Positions 8,458-18,324 are shown, counted from the first letter of the stretch. The stretch is 64,000 bases of DNA from an uncultured Fibrobacteraceae bacterium (GCA_964420395.1 CAYQTJ010000003.1:715-64714), one strand, 5' to 3'. Numbers and translations are program-made. Notes: generated by a model from the sequence alone, not told the origin.

Positions 8458-10830
8458 CTAGCCGGCCACCGCCGGCGGATCGAGCGCCCGCGTCGCCTGC
8501 TCGCGCAGCGCCCGCCAGACCCGCTCCGGGGTGGCGGGGATCCGCGTGAGGCGCAGGCCGGTGGCGTCGGCGATGGCGTTGAGGATCGCCGGGGCGGGGC
8601 CGTCGATCGGCACCTCGCCGGCCGCCTTCGCGCCGAACGGGCCGCTCGGCTCGTCGGTCGGGACCAGGATCGTGACCATCTCCGGCATGTCCATCGCGGT
8701 GGCGATCTTGTAGTCGAGGAAGTTCGGGTTGCGCACCCGGCCCCGGTCGTCGAGCAGCACCTCCTCGAACAGGGCGTAGCCGAGCGCCTGCGACACCGCC
8801 CCCTCGATCTGCCCCTCGGCGGACTGGGGATTGACGGGGGTTCCGCAGTCGACCGCCGACACCATCCGCCGCACGAAGACCTCGCCCGTCTCGACGTCGA
8901 CCTCGACGTCCGCGAACTGCGCCGCGAACGGCGGCGGGGAGTCGCTCGCCATGTGGCTGGCCGTGGCCGCCGGCTGCGTCTTCGCCTCGTACAGCGCCAC
9001 GAGCGCCGCCTCGGCCATGGTGAGCGACCGCGGCGCGCCGTCGGGCGCGGCCGGCCCGACGATGCGATCGCCGCCGAAGGCGAGGGCCTCGGGCGGGCAG
9101 TCCCACTTGCGGGCCACGATCCCGGCGAGCTGGTCGCGCACCTCGCGCGCCGCCTTCGCCACCGCGCCGCCCGAGACGTAGGTCGTGCTCGAAGCGTACG
9201 CGCCGACATCGAACGGCGTGAAGTCGGTGTCGGAACTGGTCACGATCACCTTGGCCACCGGCAGGCCGAGCGTCTCGGCGCAGATCTGCGCCAGCACGGT
9301 GTCGCTCCCCTGGCCGATGTCCGTGGCGCCGACGAGCAGGTTCACGCTGCCGTCGTCGTTCAGCTTGACCGTGGCGGCGGCCCAGTCCACGCCGGCGATG
9401 CCGGAGCCCTGCATCGCCAGCCCGACGCCCAGGCCGCGGCGCAGGTGCGGCGCCGAGGCCGGCCGCTTCCGTCCCCAGCCGATCGCCTCGGCGCCGCTCC
9501 GGATCGCCTCCTCGAGGCCGCTGCTGTGCACCACCCGGGCGAGCCCCTTGCGCCCCTCGCCGAGCCTCGCCGAGAGCGGATCGGTCTGCCCGAGGCGGAT
9601 GTGGTTGAGCCGCCGCAGCTCGAGCGGGTCCATGCCGAGCTCGTGCGCGATCGTGTCGACGTGGCACTCCAGCGCGAGGAAGCCCTGCGGCGCGCCGTAG
9701 CCGCGGAAGGCGCCACACACCGGCGTGTTGGTGTACACGCACTGCATCTGGAAGTGGATGTTCTCGCACGGGTAGAGCGGCAGCACCTTCTGGCCGGTGT
9801 TGCCCTGCACCGTCAGCGCGTGGCTGCCGTAAGCGCCGGTGTCGGCCAGCACCACCATGCGGTTGGCCACGATGCGCCCATCGCGCATGACGCCGGTGGT
9901 CATCGTGATCCGCTGCGGGTGGCGGTGGCGCGCGGCGATCAGTTCCTCGGCCCGCGTCATCTCGTAGCGCACCGGCCGGCCGGTGCGCAGGGCGAGCAGC
10001 GCCACCAGGTCCTCGAGGACCATCTCCTGCTTGTCGCCGAAGCCGCCCCCCACGCGCGGCTTGATCACGCGGATCCGCGCCTCCGGCAGCTCGAGCACCC
10101 GCGCCAGGATCCGCCGCAGGTGGAACGGCACCTGCGTGCTCGTGCGCACGACCAGGCGGCCGTCGGTGTCGAGCCAGGCGATCGCCACGTGCGGCTCGAG
10201 GTGGCTCGCCTGCACCCGCGGCACCACGTAGGTCCGCTCGCAGACCAGGTCGGCCCCCCGCAGCGCCGCGGCCACGTCGCCCACCTGGATGTCGAGACGG
10301 GCCGCGAGGTTGCTGCGCCCCCCCTCGGCGATGCCGCGCGGATCGGGCTCCTCGTGCACCAGCACGTCGGTGCGCCGCAACGCCTCCTCCGGATCGAGCA
10401 GCGCCGGCAGGACCTCGTACTCCACGTCGATCAGCTCGAGCGCCTCCTCGGCCGCGCGCAGCGTGCGGGCCGCCACGACCGCCACGCGGTCCCCCACGAA
10501 GCGCGCCTTGGCCGGCAGGATGGTCGTGTCGTACGGCGAAGGCTCGGGCCAGCTCTGCCCCGCGCGCGTGTGGAGGATCGGCTTGACGTCCTCGTGGCAG
10601 AGCACCGTCACCACGCCGGGGTGCGCCAGCGCGCGGCGCTTGTCCACGCGGACGATCCGCGCGTGCGGGTGCGGCGATGCCAGCACCTTCGCCCAGAGCA
10701 TGCCGTCGGGATGGACGTCGTCGGTGAAGACCGGCTCGCCCCTCACGAGGCTGCGCCCGTCCACCCGCTCCACGCTCGTGCCGACGACGGCGTTTTCCGC
10801 CGCGGCCGGATCGCGCAGCGTGACCGTCAT
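8458..10830 (-). CDS. Xanthine dehydrogenase family molybdopterin-binding large subunit (CoxL/XdhA-like)
   Basis: Start MTVTLRDP at 10830 with GGAGGAGG RBS. Internal start chosen over the ORF-table extension. Typical aldehyde oxidase/xanthine DH motifs (GGGFGDK, AYGSHA, GQG). Confidence 0.85.
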   Translation of the reverse strand: MTVTLRDPAAAENAVVGTSVERVDGRSLVRGEPVFTDDVHPDGMLWAKVLASPHPHARIVRVDKRRALAHPGVVTVLCHEDVKPILHTRAGQSWPEPSPYDTTILPAKARFVGDRVAVVAARTLRAAEEALELIDVEYEVLPALLDPEEALRRTDVLVHEEPDPRGIAEGGRSNLAARLDIQVGDVAAALRGADLVCERTYVVPRVQASHLEPHVAIAWLDTDGRLVVRTSTQVPFHLRRILARVLELPEARIRVIKPRVGGGFGDKQEMVLEDLVALLALRTGRPVRYEMTRAEELIAARHRHPQRITMTTGVMRDGRIVANRMVVLADTGAYGSHALTVQGNTGQKVLPLYPCENIHFQMQCVYTNTPVCGAFRGYGAPQGFLALECHVDTIAHELGMDPLELRRLNHIRLGQTDPLSARLGEGRKGLARVVHSSGLEEAIRSGAEAIGWGRKRPASAPHLRRGLGVGLAMQGSGIAGVDWAAATVKLNDDGSVNLLVGATDIGQGSDTVLAQICAETLGLPVAKVIVTSSDTDFTPFDVGAYASSTTYVSGGAVAKAAREVRDQLAGIVARKWDCPPEALAFGGDRIVGPAAPDGAPRSLTMAEAALVALYEAKTQPAATASHMASDSPPPFAAQFADVEVDVETGEVFVRRMVSAVDCGTPVNPQSAEGQIEGAVSQALGYALFEEVLLDDRGRVRNPNFLDYKIATAMDMPEMVTILVPTDEPSGPFGAKAAGEVPIDGPAPAILNAIADATGLRLTRIPATPERVWRALREQATRALDPPAVAG

Positions 10831-11381
10831 GGCGCCTCCTCCCGTCGGCGCGCCGCCGGCGGCGCGGCGGCGCCCCCGCCGCGCCCCGAGCCGCCCCGCT
10901 CCCCCCGGCCGCCGTGCAGCGGCGTGCCGGCGCGGCCGGCCGCGGCCAGGATCGCGGCAACCGGCTTCTCGTAGCCGGTGCAGCGGCAGAGGCTGCCCGA
11001 GAGGGCCTGGCGCACCGCCGCCTCGTCCACCGCGCCGCCGCCGCGCAGCAGGGACCACGACACGATCAGCATGCCGGGCGCGCAGTAGCCGCACTGCACC
11101 GCACCGGCGGCCAGGAACGCCGCCTGCAGCCGCGCCAGCAGCGGATCGCCGGCCAGCCCCTCGAGCGTGGTCACGGTCCGTCCCCGCGCGCGCGCCGCGG
11201 CGACCACGCACGACGAGACCGGCTCGTCATCGAGCAGGACCGCGCAACAGCCGCAGTCGCCGGTCTCGCAGCCCCGCTTCACCGAAACACAGCCGCCGCG
11301 CCGCAGGGCGTCCAGCAGCCGCTCGCCCGGCTCCACCTCCCAGGTCGCGGGAGCGCCGTTCAGGGTCAGTTCGATCCTCAC
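10827..11381 (-). CDS. (2Fe-2S)-binding small subunit of the xanthine dehydrogenase family (CoxS-like), GTG start, with a Gly/Arg-rich C-terminal tail
   Basis: Two Cys clusters, CETGDCGCC and CGYC...CRCTGY. GTG start overlaps the FAD subunit stop (GTGA). Stop overlaps the large-subunit start (ATGA). Confidence 0.75.
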   Translation of the reverse strand: MRIELTLNGAPATWEVEPGERLLDALRRGGCVSVKRGCETGDCGCCAVLLDDEPVSSCVVAAARARGRTVTTLEGLAGDPLLARLQAAFLAAGAVQCGYCAPGMLIVSWSLLRGGGAVDEAAVRQALSGSLCRCTGYEKPVAAILAAAGRAGTPLHGGRGERGGSGRGGGAAAPPAARRREEAP

Positions 11382-12259
11382 GCGTGTCCCCCCTCGACGG
11401 ACGGCAGGCCGGTCAGTTCGCGCACCAGGCGCCGCGTCAGCACGGCCACCATCGCGCGCCGGTACTCGGCCGAGGCGCGGTGATCGTCGATCGGCTCGGC
11501 CCGCGCCGCGGCGAGTTGCGCCGCCGCGGCGATCGCGCTGCCGGCGCCGGGCGAGAGCACCTTCAGGCCGGTCAGCGCCTCCTCGGCGGCCGGCGCGCGC
11601 CGAGGCGTCGGCGCCACGGCGCCCAGCGCCACGCGCGCGCCGAGGATCAGCGGGCCGTCGAGGTCGAGCGCCACCGCCACCTGCGCCAGCGAGATGTCCT
11701 CGGCGGAGCGGCTCAGCTTGCGGGCGCGGGCGCGGTGGCCGCCGCACCGTCCCGGCAGGACGATCCCGAGCAGCAGGCGGTCGCCCAGCACCGTGCGCCG
11801 CGGCCCGGTGAAGAAGTCGGCCAGCGGCACGGACTCCTCGCGCGCGCCGTCGCCGATCCGCGCGACGGCGTCGAGCGCGAGCAGGATCGGCGCCAGGTCG
11901 GCCGAGGGGAGCGCGTTGCAGAGGTTGCCGCCGATGGTGGCGGTGGAGCGCACCGGGCGGTTCGCGCAGTGCACGGCCGCGTCGGCGATGGCGCCGCCGG
12001 CGTAGCGCTGCGTCAGCGGCGAGGTGGCCACCGCCTGCAGCGTGGCCGCCGCGCCGATGAACAGCTCGTCGTCGGCCGTGCGCTCGATGCGGCCGAGCCC
12101 CGCCCCGTTGATGTCCACCACGTAGTCGACGCCGGGCGGCATCATCAGGAACAGGTCGGTGCCGCCGGCGATGTAGATGCCCCGCCCCGGCCCGGCCCGC
12201 AACTGGGCCACCGCCTCGGCGACCGACGCCGCGCAGCGATATTCGCGCAGGTCCTTCAC
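11378..12259 (-). CDS. FAD-binding medium subunit of the xanthine dehydrogenase family (CoxM/XdhB-like)
   Basis: IAGGTDL and TIGGNLCNA motifs, and a CO dehydrogenase flavoprotein C-terminal domain. Confidence 0.8.
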   Translation of the reverse strand: MKDLREYRCAASVAEAVAQLRAGPGRGIYIAGGTDLFLMMPPGVDYVVDINGAGLGRIERTADDELFIGAAATLQAVATSPLTQRYAGGAIADAAVHCANRPVRSTATIGGNLCNALPSADLAPILLALDAVARIGDGAREESVPLADFFTGPRRTVLGDRLLLGIVLPGRCGGHRARARKLSRSAEDISLAQVAVALDLDGPLILGARVALGAVAPTPRRAPAAEEALTGLKVLSPGAGSAIAAAAQLAAARAEPIDDHRASAEYRRAMVAVLTRRLVRELTGLPSVEGGHA

Positions 12260-12379
12260 CGCCGTCGACCTCCCGGTCGCGCCCGCCGTCCTGGCGATCC
12301 CGACCGCCGTGGAGTATAACTGACGTCACGGGCAGCCCCAAGGGACAAGATGACGGGCCCGGCGCCCCGGGAGCGAGCC

Positions 12380-13699
12380 ATGACGACGCACGAGCACTTC
12401 CTGCTGGAGAACGCGGCCCCTCTGGTCACCATGAACGCCGGCCGCGAGGTGATCGAGGGGGGCTGGGTGGCGGCCACGGGCGGGCTGATCACCGCGGTCG
12501 GCGCCGGCCGCGCGCCCGACCTGATCGGAGCCGTGCCGCGCGAGCGCCACCACCGGATCGACGCCACCGGCTGCGTCGTCCTGCCGGGCCTCGTCAACAC
12601 GCACCACCACCTGTTCCAGACCCGCACCCGCGCCTGGCCCGGCGCCGTCGATGCCGGCCTGTTCGACTGGCTGCGCACGCTCTACCCGGTCTGGGCGAAG
12701 CTGCGCGACCTCGATTTCCACCACGCGGCGCTGGTCGGCTTCCGCGAGCTGCTGCGCTCCGGCTGCACCACGACCACCGACCACCACTACCTGTTCCCGC
12801 GCGGCGCCTCCGCCGAACTGATCGACATCACCATCGACGCCGCGCGCGAGGCCGGCATCCGCTTCCATCCGACCCGCGGGTCGATGTCGCGCTCGGTCAA
12901 GGACGGCGGCCTCCCTCCCGACGAGGTGGTGCAGGATCCCGACACGATCCTCGCCGACAGCGAGCGGCTCATCCGCGCCTGGCACGACCCGCGCCCCGGC
13001 GCCATGGTGCGCGTGGCGCTCGCCCCCTGCTCCCCCTTCTCGGTCAGCCCGGAACTGATGCGCGACACGGCGGCGCTGGCGCGCCGCCACGGCGTCCGCC
13101 TGCACACGCACCTCGCCGAGACCCGCGACGAGGACGACTACTGCCAGGCCATGTACGGCCGGCGCCCGCTCGACTTCCTGGAGTCCGTCGGCTGGCTCGC
13201 GGACGACGTGTGGCTGGCCCACGGCATCTTCTTCGACGACGCCGAGGTGGCGCGCCTCGGCCGCGCCGGCGTGGCGATCGCCCACTGTCCCACGTCGAAC
13301 ATGCGCCTCGGCTCGGGAGTCTGCCGCGTGCGCGACCTGCGCGCCGCGGGCGTGCCGGTAGGCCTGGCGGTCGACGGCTCGGCCAGCAACGACGGCTCGC
13401 ACCTGCTCGCCGAGCTGCGCCAGACGCTGCTGCTGCACCGCGTCATCCACGGTCCGTCGGCGATGCGGGTGCAGGAGGTGCTGGAGATGGCCACGCTGGG
13501 CGGGGCCGGCTGCCTCGGCCGCGACGACATCGGCGCCGTCGAGCCGGGCCGCGCCTGCGACCTCGCCGTCTTCGGTCTCGATGACCTCGGCTACGACCGC
13601 GTCGGCGACCGCGTGGCGGCGCTGCTGCTCTGCCAGCCGACATCGGCCCGGGCGGTCGTGGTCGGCGGGCAGGTCGTCAACGTCGAGCGGGACGGCTGA
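12380..13699 (+). CDS. Amidohydrolase of the guanine deaminase / 8-oxoguanine deaminase / chlorohydrolase family
   Basis: HxH in LVNTHHHLF. HTHLAE. AHCPTSN. AVDGSASND metal ligands. GGGAG RBS before the second ATG (MTTHEH) at 12380. Divergent from the xdh operon. Confidence 0.75.
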   Translation: MTTHEHFLLENAAPLVTMNAGREVIEGGWVAATGGLITAVGAGRAPDLIGAVPRERHHRIDATGCVVLPGLVNTHHHLFQTRTRAWPGAVDAGLFDWLRTLYPVWAKLRDLDFHHAALVGFRELLRSGCTTTTDHHYLFPRGASAELIDITIDAAREAGIRFHPTRGSMSRSVKDGGLPPDEVVQDPDTILADSERLIRAWHDPRPGAMVRVALAPCSPFSVSPELMRDTAALARRHGVRLHTHLAETRDEDDYCQAMYGRRPLDFLESVGWLADDVWLAHGIFFDDAEVARLGRAGVAIAHCPTSNMRLGSGVCRVRDLRAAGVPVGLAVDGSASNDGSHLLAELRQTLLLHRVIHGPSAMRVQEVLEMATLGGAGCLGRDDIGAVEPGRACDLAVFGLDDLGYDRVGDRVAALLLCQPTSARAVVVGGQVVNVERDG

Positions 13700-13758
13700 G
13701 GGGAAGGCCGGGCGGAGCGCCTTGCCGCCGCATGACGTGGTCGCGGGTCGATCGGACG

Positions 13759-13889
13759 CTTGAACGCACGAATCGAAGCCACCGATGGGCGGGCGCTTCG
13801 ATCCGGGCCTTCAAGAGCGGGTCGCCGGGTGCGCGCCCCCCGCTTCGCGCCGGCGCGCCGTCAGAGCGGCCTCGATTCGTGCGTTCAAG
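13759..13889. repeat. 131-bp MITE/REP-like element bounded by 22-bp terminal inverted repeats, lying between convergent genes
   Basis: Left arm 13759-13780 CTTGAACGCACGAATCGAAGCC. Right arm 13868-13889 GGCCTCGATTCGTGCGTTCAAG. Arms are 21/22 complementary. Interior is GC-rich and non-coding. Confidence 0.5.
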
Positions 13890-13917
13890 AAGGGATCCGC
13901 GGACGCAGCTGCGCGCC

Positions 13918-14694
13918 TCACGCCCCGCCGGCCCCGCCCCACGCAGCCGGATCCTGCCGGTAGAACAGCCGGAGCTGTTCGTACAGCCGCGGGTGGCGGC
14001 GGCGCAGCTCGCGCGGTTCCTCGAAGAAGTGCTCGGTGGCGACGGCGAAGAACTCGCCCGGGTCGTCGGCGCCGTACTCGTCGACGAAGGTCCGCTTGCC
14101 GCGGCGCACGTCGGCCGCGTGCTTGGCGAACTCGGCCTCCCACACCTCGGCCCAGCGCTCCCCCTCCTCTCCGGAGAACGGGACCGTGCCGTCGGACAGG
14201 CCGAGCTCCTCGTCGATCTGGTGGGCGAACTCGTGCAGGACGACGTTGAAGCCGTCGTCGGGCTCCGCGAGGTCGAGCGCCACGTCCTGCCACGACAGCA
14301 CCAGCGCCCCCTGCCCCCACGATTCGCCGAGCCGCTCGCCGTCGTCCTCGCCGACGATGCCGTCGACCTCCTCCAGCTCCTCGTTGGTGACGAACGGTTC
14401 GGGGTAGACGAGCACCGAATGCAGCCGGGGGTAGAAGTCGGCTTCGCGGTGCAGCAGCAGCAGGCAGGCCTGCCCGGCGATGACGACCCGCATGCGGTCG
14501 TCGAGCGCCAGGCCGCCGCACCCCTCGAACCGCTTCTCCGCCAGGAAGACCTGCGCCAGGCCGCGCAGTTCATCCCGGTCGGCCGCCGGCAACCGGGCGT
14601 AGAGCGGCACCTCGTCGCGCAGGACCGCCTCCCACGCCGGCGGCAGCGGGGTGGCCCGCAGCTTCCGGCGTCGCTTCGCCTTCAGTCCGAACAT
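13918..14694 (-). CDS. mtfA: MtfA-like zinc-dependent peptidase (DUF980 family, Mlc titration factor A-like)
   Basis: Start MFGLKAKRRRK at 14694. HEFAHQ HExxH motif. 258 aa. TGATG coupling to pyk. Confidence 0.75.
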   Translation of the reverse strand: MFGLKAKRRRKLRATPLPPAWEAVLRDEVPLYARLPAADRDELRGLAQVFLAEKRFEGCGGLALDDRMRVVIAGQACLLLLHREADFYPRLHSVLVYPEPFVTNEELEEVDGIVGEDDGERLGESWGQGALVLSWQDVALDLAEPDDGFNVVLHEFAHQIDEELGLSDGTVPFSGEEGERWAEVWEAEFAKHAADVRRGKRTFVDEYGADDPGEFFAVATEHFFEEPRELRRRHPRLYEQLRLFYRQDPAAWGGAGGA

Positions 14695-16124
14695 CACGTC
14701 GCCTCCGGGGCCGGCACCTGCGCGACCCGGATCAGGTTCGTGCCGCCGGTCGCCGCGAGCGGCCAGCCGGCGGTCAGCACGACGGTGTCGCCCGGCCGCG
14801 CGAGACCGGAGCGGGCGCAGGCCGCCAGCGCCAGCCGCTGGAGCAGTTCGCCGTCGGCCTCCGCGTCCAGCAGCGCCGGCTGCGCGCCCCAGACCAGGCT
14901 CAGCCGGCGCAGCACCGCCGGCACCGGGGTCAGCGCGAGCACCGGCTGGACCGGCCGCCAGCGCGCGACCAGCTGCGTGGTGCCGCCGGATCGGGTGAGG
15001 GTGATGATCGCGGCGGCGCCCAGCTCGGCCGCCATGCGCACCGCGGCGTGGGCCACCGCCTCGGCCGCGCCGGAGCGGGCGCGCGGATCGAAACGGTGCT
15101 CCCAGGTGCGGTGGGGGAAGATCGACTCGGCCGCCTCGACGACCCGCGCCATCGTGGCCACCGCCTCCACCGGGTGGCGCCCCGCCGCGGTCTCCTCGGT
15201 CAGCAGCAGGCCGTCGCTGCCGTCGAGCACGGCGTTGGCCACGTCCGACACCTCGGCGCGGGTCGGCCGGGAACTCTCCACCATCGACTTGAGCATCTGG
15301 GTGGCGGTGATGCAGAGCTTGCCCGCCTGCAGCGCCTTGTCGATCAGCAGCTTCTGGGCGGGTGGCACCCCCTCGAGCGGGATCTCCACACCGAGGTCGC
15401 CGCGCGCCACGACGATGCCGTCGCAGTGGGGCAGCAGGGCATCCACCCGCGCCACCGCCTCGGCCCGCTCGATCTTGGCGTAGAGCAGGGCGTCGGCGCC
15501 GGCCGCGCGCATCAGGGCCCGCGTCTCCTGCAAGTCCTCGGGGCGGCGCACGAAGGAGAGCATCACCGCGTCGATGCCGTGCGCCAGCGCGAAGGCCAGG
15601 TCGGCGCGGTCCTTGTCGGTCAGGGCCGGCGCGCTGACCGGGGTGTGCGGCAGGTTGATCCCCTTGCGGGCGCCGAGCAGGCCGCCGCGCACGACCACGC
15701 AGCGCACGTCGGTGCCGTCGGTCGACTCCACCCGCAGTTCGAGGGCGCCGTCGTCGAGGAGCAGGGCATCGCCGGCGCGTACGTCGCGCGCCAGCGGGGG
15801 CCACGACAGCCCGGTCTCGCGCGCGTCGCCAGGGACGTCGCGCGCCGTGAGGGTGAACGGCTCCCCCTCGCGCAGCTCGACCGGGCCGGCGGCCAGCGGG
15901 CCGGTGCGCAGCTTCGGGCCGCACAGGTCGACGATGATCGCCACCGGCCGCCCGAGCTCCGCCGCCGCCTCGCGCAGGCGGACGATGGCGCGCGCGTGGT
16001 CCTCGTGGGTGCCGTGGGAGAAGTTCAGCCGCACGGCGTCCGTGCCGGCCGCGAGCAGCCGCCGCAGGACGCCGGGATCGGCCACGGCCGGCCCGAGCGT
16101 GGCGATGATGCGCGTGCGCCTCAT
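14694..16124 (-). CDS. pyk: Pyruvate kinase
   Basis: Internal start MRRTRIIATLGP at 16124 with AGAGGGGGA RBS. Motifs include AKIE, MVARGDLG and a C-terminal effector domain. The ORF-table N-terminal 200 aa is an Arg-rich artifact. Confidence 0.85.
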   Translation of the reverse strand: MRRTRIIATLGPAVADPGVLRRLLAAGTDAVRLNFSHGTHEDHARAIVRLREAAAELGRPVAIIVDLCGPKLRTGPLAAGPVELREGEPFTLTARDVPGDARETGLSWPPLARDVRAGDALLLDDGALELRVESTDGTDVRCVVVRGGLLGARKGINLPHTPVSAPALTDKDRADLAFALAHGIDAVMLSFVRRPEDLQETRALMRAAGADALLYAKIERAEAVARVDALLPHCDGIVVARGDLGVEIPLEGVPPAQKLLIDKALQAGKLCITATQMLKSMVESSRPTRAEVSDVANAVLDGSDGLLLTEETAAGRHPVEAVATMARVVEAAESIFPHRTWEHRFDPRARSGAAEAVAHAAVRMAAELGAAAIITLTRSGGTTQLVARWRPVQPVLALTPVPAVLRRLSLVWGAQPALLDAEADGELLQRLALAACARSGLARPGDTVVLTAGWPLAATGGTNLIRVAQVPAPEAT

Positions 16125-16555
16125 GCGTCGTCCCCCTCTTCCGTGTCGTCCGGGAGGGCGCCCGGGGGGAGTCCCGGCCGCACCTTGAGCACCGTCTCGC
16201 GCCTGATCTCGACCGTGCCGGTCGGCGCGCCGCGCGCCTTGCGCACGAAGCGCCCGCGCGTGCAGGAGACCGGCTGGATCCCGCCCCGCCGGGCCTTGCT
16301 GTGCCAGGCCGCGATCGCCGCCGCGGCGCGCAGGGTGTCGCGGTCCGGCTCGAGCCCCTCGCGCGCCCGCAGGATGACGTGGCTCCCCGGCGCGCCGCGC
16401 AGGTGGAACCACCAGTCGTCGGCGCGCGCCACCTCGAGGCTGAGGCGCTCGTTGTCCGCGTCGGTCCGGCCCGCCAGCACCGTCCAGCCGCCCGGCAGCG
16501 CGTACTCCCACGCCCGGGGCGGGGGCGGTGGGCCTTTTCGTCCTTCTTTCGCCAC
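16121..16555 (-). CDS. NFACT-R/DUF814 domain protein
   Basis: WWFHLRGAPGSHVIL signature. ATGA overlap with the pyk start. Confidence 0.55.
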   Translation of the reverse strand: MAKEGRKGPPPPPRAWEYALPGGWTVLAGRTDADNERLSLEVARADDWWFHLRGAPGSHVILRAREGLEPDRDTLRAAAAIAAWHSKARRGGIQPVSCTRGRFVRKARGAPTGTVEIRRETVLKVRPGLPPGALPDDTEEGDDA

Positions 16556-16765
16556 TGCGGCCTCCCGTGCGGCCCGATCCTAACCGGGCGCGCCGCCGCT
16601 GTCGATGCCGCGCGCGGCGGATAGGGTGGAACCGACCGGCCGTCTTCATGTATATTGCCCGTTCCGTGCCGCCGGAGCGGAGACGCCGGGCCCCCGCCCG
16701 CCTCGTTCCGCGGACCGGCGCGTCTTTCACCCTCTATCACCACCCGTCCCCTGAGGAGTCACGCG

Positions 16766-17605
16766 ATGATCGAGGTACGCGACGTGACGAAGCGGTTCGG
16801 GACGACCGTCGCGCTCGATGCCGTCTCCTTCCGCCTGGGCGAGGGCGAGATCCTCGGTTTCCTGGGCCCGAACGGAGCCGGCAAGAGCACGGCGATGAAG
16901 ATCATCACCACCTTCCTCGCGCCCGACGAGGGCACGGTGACGGTGGCGGGGATCGACGTCCAGGAGCAGCCGCTGGCGGTGCGCGGCCGGATCGGGTACC
17001 TGCCCGAGAACGTCCCGCTCTACGTCGACATGAACGTGCAGGAGTATCTGGAGTTCGTGGGCCGGGCGCGCGGCCTGCAGGGCCCGCGCCTGCGGGAGCG
17101 GCTCGACTGGTGCATCGACGCCTGCGCCCTCGGCAGCGAACTGAAGAAGCCGATCATCGAGTTGTCGAAGGGCTACCGGCAGCGCACCGGCCTCGCGCAG
17201 GCGCTGATCCACGATCCCGACATCCTGATCCTCGACGAGCCCACGACCGGCCTCGATCCGCTGCAGATCCTCGGCATCCGCGACCTCATCCGCAGCCTGG
17301 CCACGAAGAAGAGCATCATCTTCTCGACGCACATCCTGCAGGAGGTGCCGCCGGTGACCGACCGGGTGGTCATCATCAACGAGGGGCGCATCGTGGCCGA
17401 CGGGCGGATCGGCGACCTCGCCCGGCAGACGCTCGGCGGCGACCCGCTCTTCGAGCGCGACGTCGACGCGGCCGCCGCGACCCTGGCCCGCGGACGGGCC
17501 GGCGAGCTGGTCGAGCTGCACAAGGCGCGGATCGCCCTCGAGGACCTCTTCATCGCGCTGACCAAGCGGTCGGCGGCCGGCCGGGGGGCGGTGCGCCATG
17601 TCTAA
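16766..17605 (+). CDS. ABC transporter ATP-binding protein (GldA-like)
   Basis: Start MIEVRDV with GAGGAG RBS. Walker A GPNGAGKST. LSKGYRQR signature. Walker B ILILDEPT. Confidence 0.85.
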   Translation: MIEVRDVTKRFGTTVALDAVSFRLGEGEILGFLGPNGAGKSTAMKIITTFLAPDEGTVTVAGIDVQEQPLAVRGRIGYLPENVPLYVDMNVQEYLEFVGRARGLQGPRLRERLDWCIDACALGSELKKPIIELSKGYRQRTGLAQALIHDPDILILDEPTTGLDPLQILGIRDLIRSLATKKSIIFSTHILQEVPPVTDRVVIINEGRIVADGRIGDLARQTLGGDPLFERDVDAAAATLARGRAGELVELHKARIALEDLFIALTKRSAAGRGAVRHV

Positions 17606-18323
17606 CGTCGTCACGATCTTCCGGCGCGAGTTCGCGGCCTACTTCAACAGCCCGATCGCGTACATCTTCATCATCGTCTTCCTGGCCCTCAACTGCGGCC
17701 TCTTCATGACGCCGTTCTTCCTCGCCGGCCAGGCCGACATGCGCGACTTCTTCGGCAACCTGCCGCTGTTCCTGATCTTCTTCATCCCGGCCCTCACCAT
17801 GCGCCTCTGGGCGGAGGACAAGCGCAGCGGCACGTTCGAGCTGCTGATGACGCTGCCGATGCGCTCGGCCGAGGTCATGCTCGGCAAGTACCTCGCGGCC
17901 ACGGCGTTCTACCTGGTGGCGCTGGCCGGCACGCTCCCGGTGCCGATCATGGTGAACGTGCTCGGCAACCCCGACGGCGGCGCCATCGTCGCCGGCTACC
18001 TCGGCGCGGTGCTGCTGGGCGCGCTCTACATGGCGGTCGGCGTGTTCACGTCCGGCCTGATGCGCGACCAGATCTCGGCCTTCATCCTCGGCATGGTCGG
18101 CTGCTTCGTGCTGTTCCTGCTCGGCATGCCGGCGGTCGCGTCGACCATCGACGGCTGGTTCGGGGGGTTCGGCGCCTTCCTGCAGAACGCCTTCGGACTG
18201 ATGCCGCACTTCTCCTCGCTGACGCGCGGGGTGATCGAACCGGCCGACCTGGCCTATTTCCTCGGCCTGACCGCCGTCTTCCTCGTCCTGAACAACCTCT
18301 GGCTGGAAGGGAGGAAGTACTGA
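17598..18323 (+). CDS. ABC-2 type transporter permease (GldF-like)
   Basis: Six predicted TM helices. Overlaps the upstream ATPase gene. Confidence 0.7.
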   Translation: MSNVVTIFRREFAAYFNSPIAYIFIIVFLALNCGLFMTPFFLAGQADMRDFFGNLPLFLIFFIPALTMRLWAEDKRSGTFELLMTLPMRSAEVMLGKYLAATAFYLVALAGTLPVPIMVNVLGNPDGGAIVAGYLGAVLLGALYMAVGVFTSGLMRDQISAFILGMVGCFVLFLLGMPAVASTIDGWFGGFGAFLQNAFGLMPHFSSLTRGVIEPADLAYFLGLTAVFLVLNNLWLEGRKY

Positions 18324-18324
18324 G

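Noticed and set aside
8953-10974. 673-aa ORF on the plus strand opposite the xdh large subunit
   Set aside because: Antisense to a well-supported gene. Extremely Arg/Ala/Gly/Pro-rich, typical of GC-driven open frames.
13918-16743. 941-aa minus-strand ORF fusing the mtfA, pyk and upstream regions
   Set aside because: Only the last 258 aa (MtfA) are real in this frame. pyk lies in another frame. The N-terminal portion is an Arg/Gly-rich artefact.
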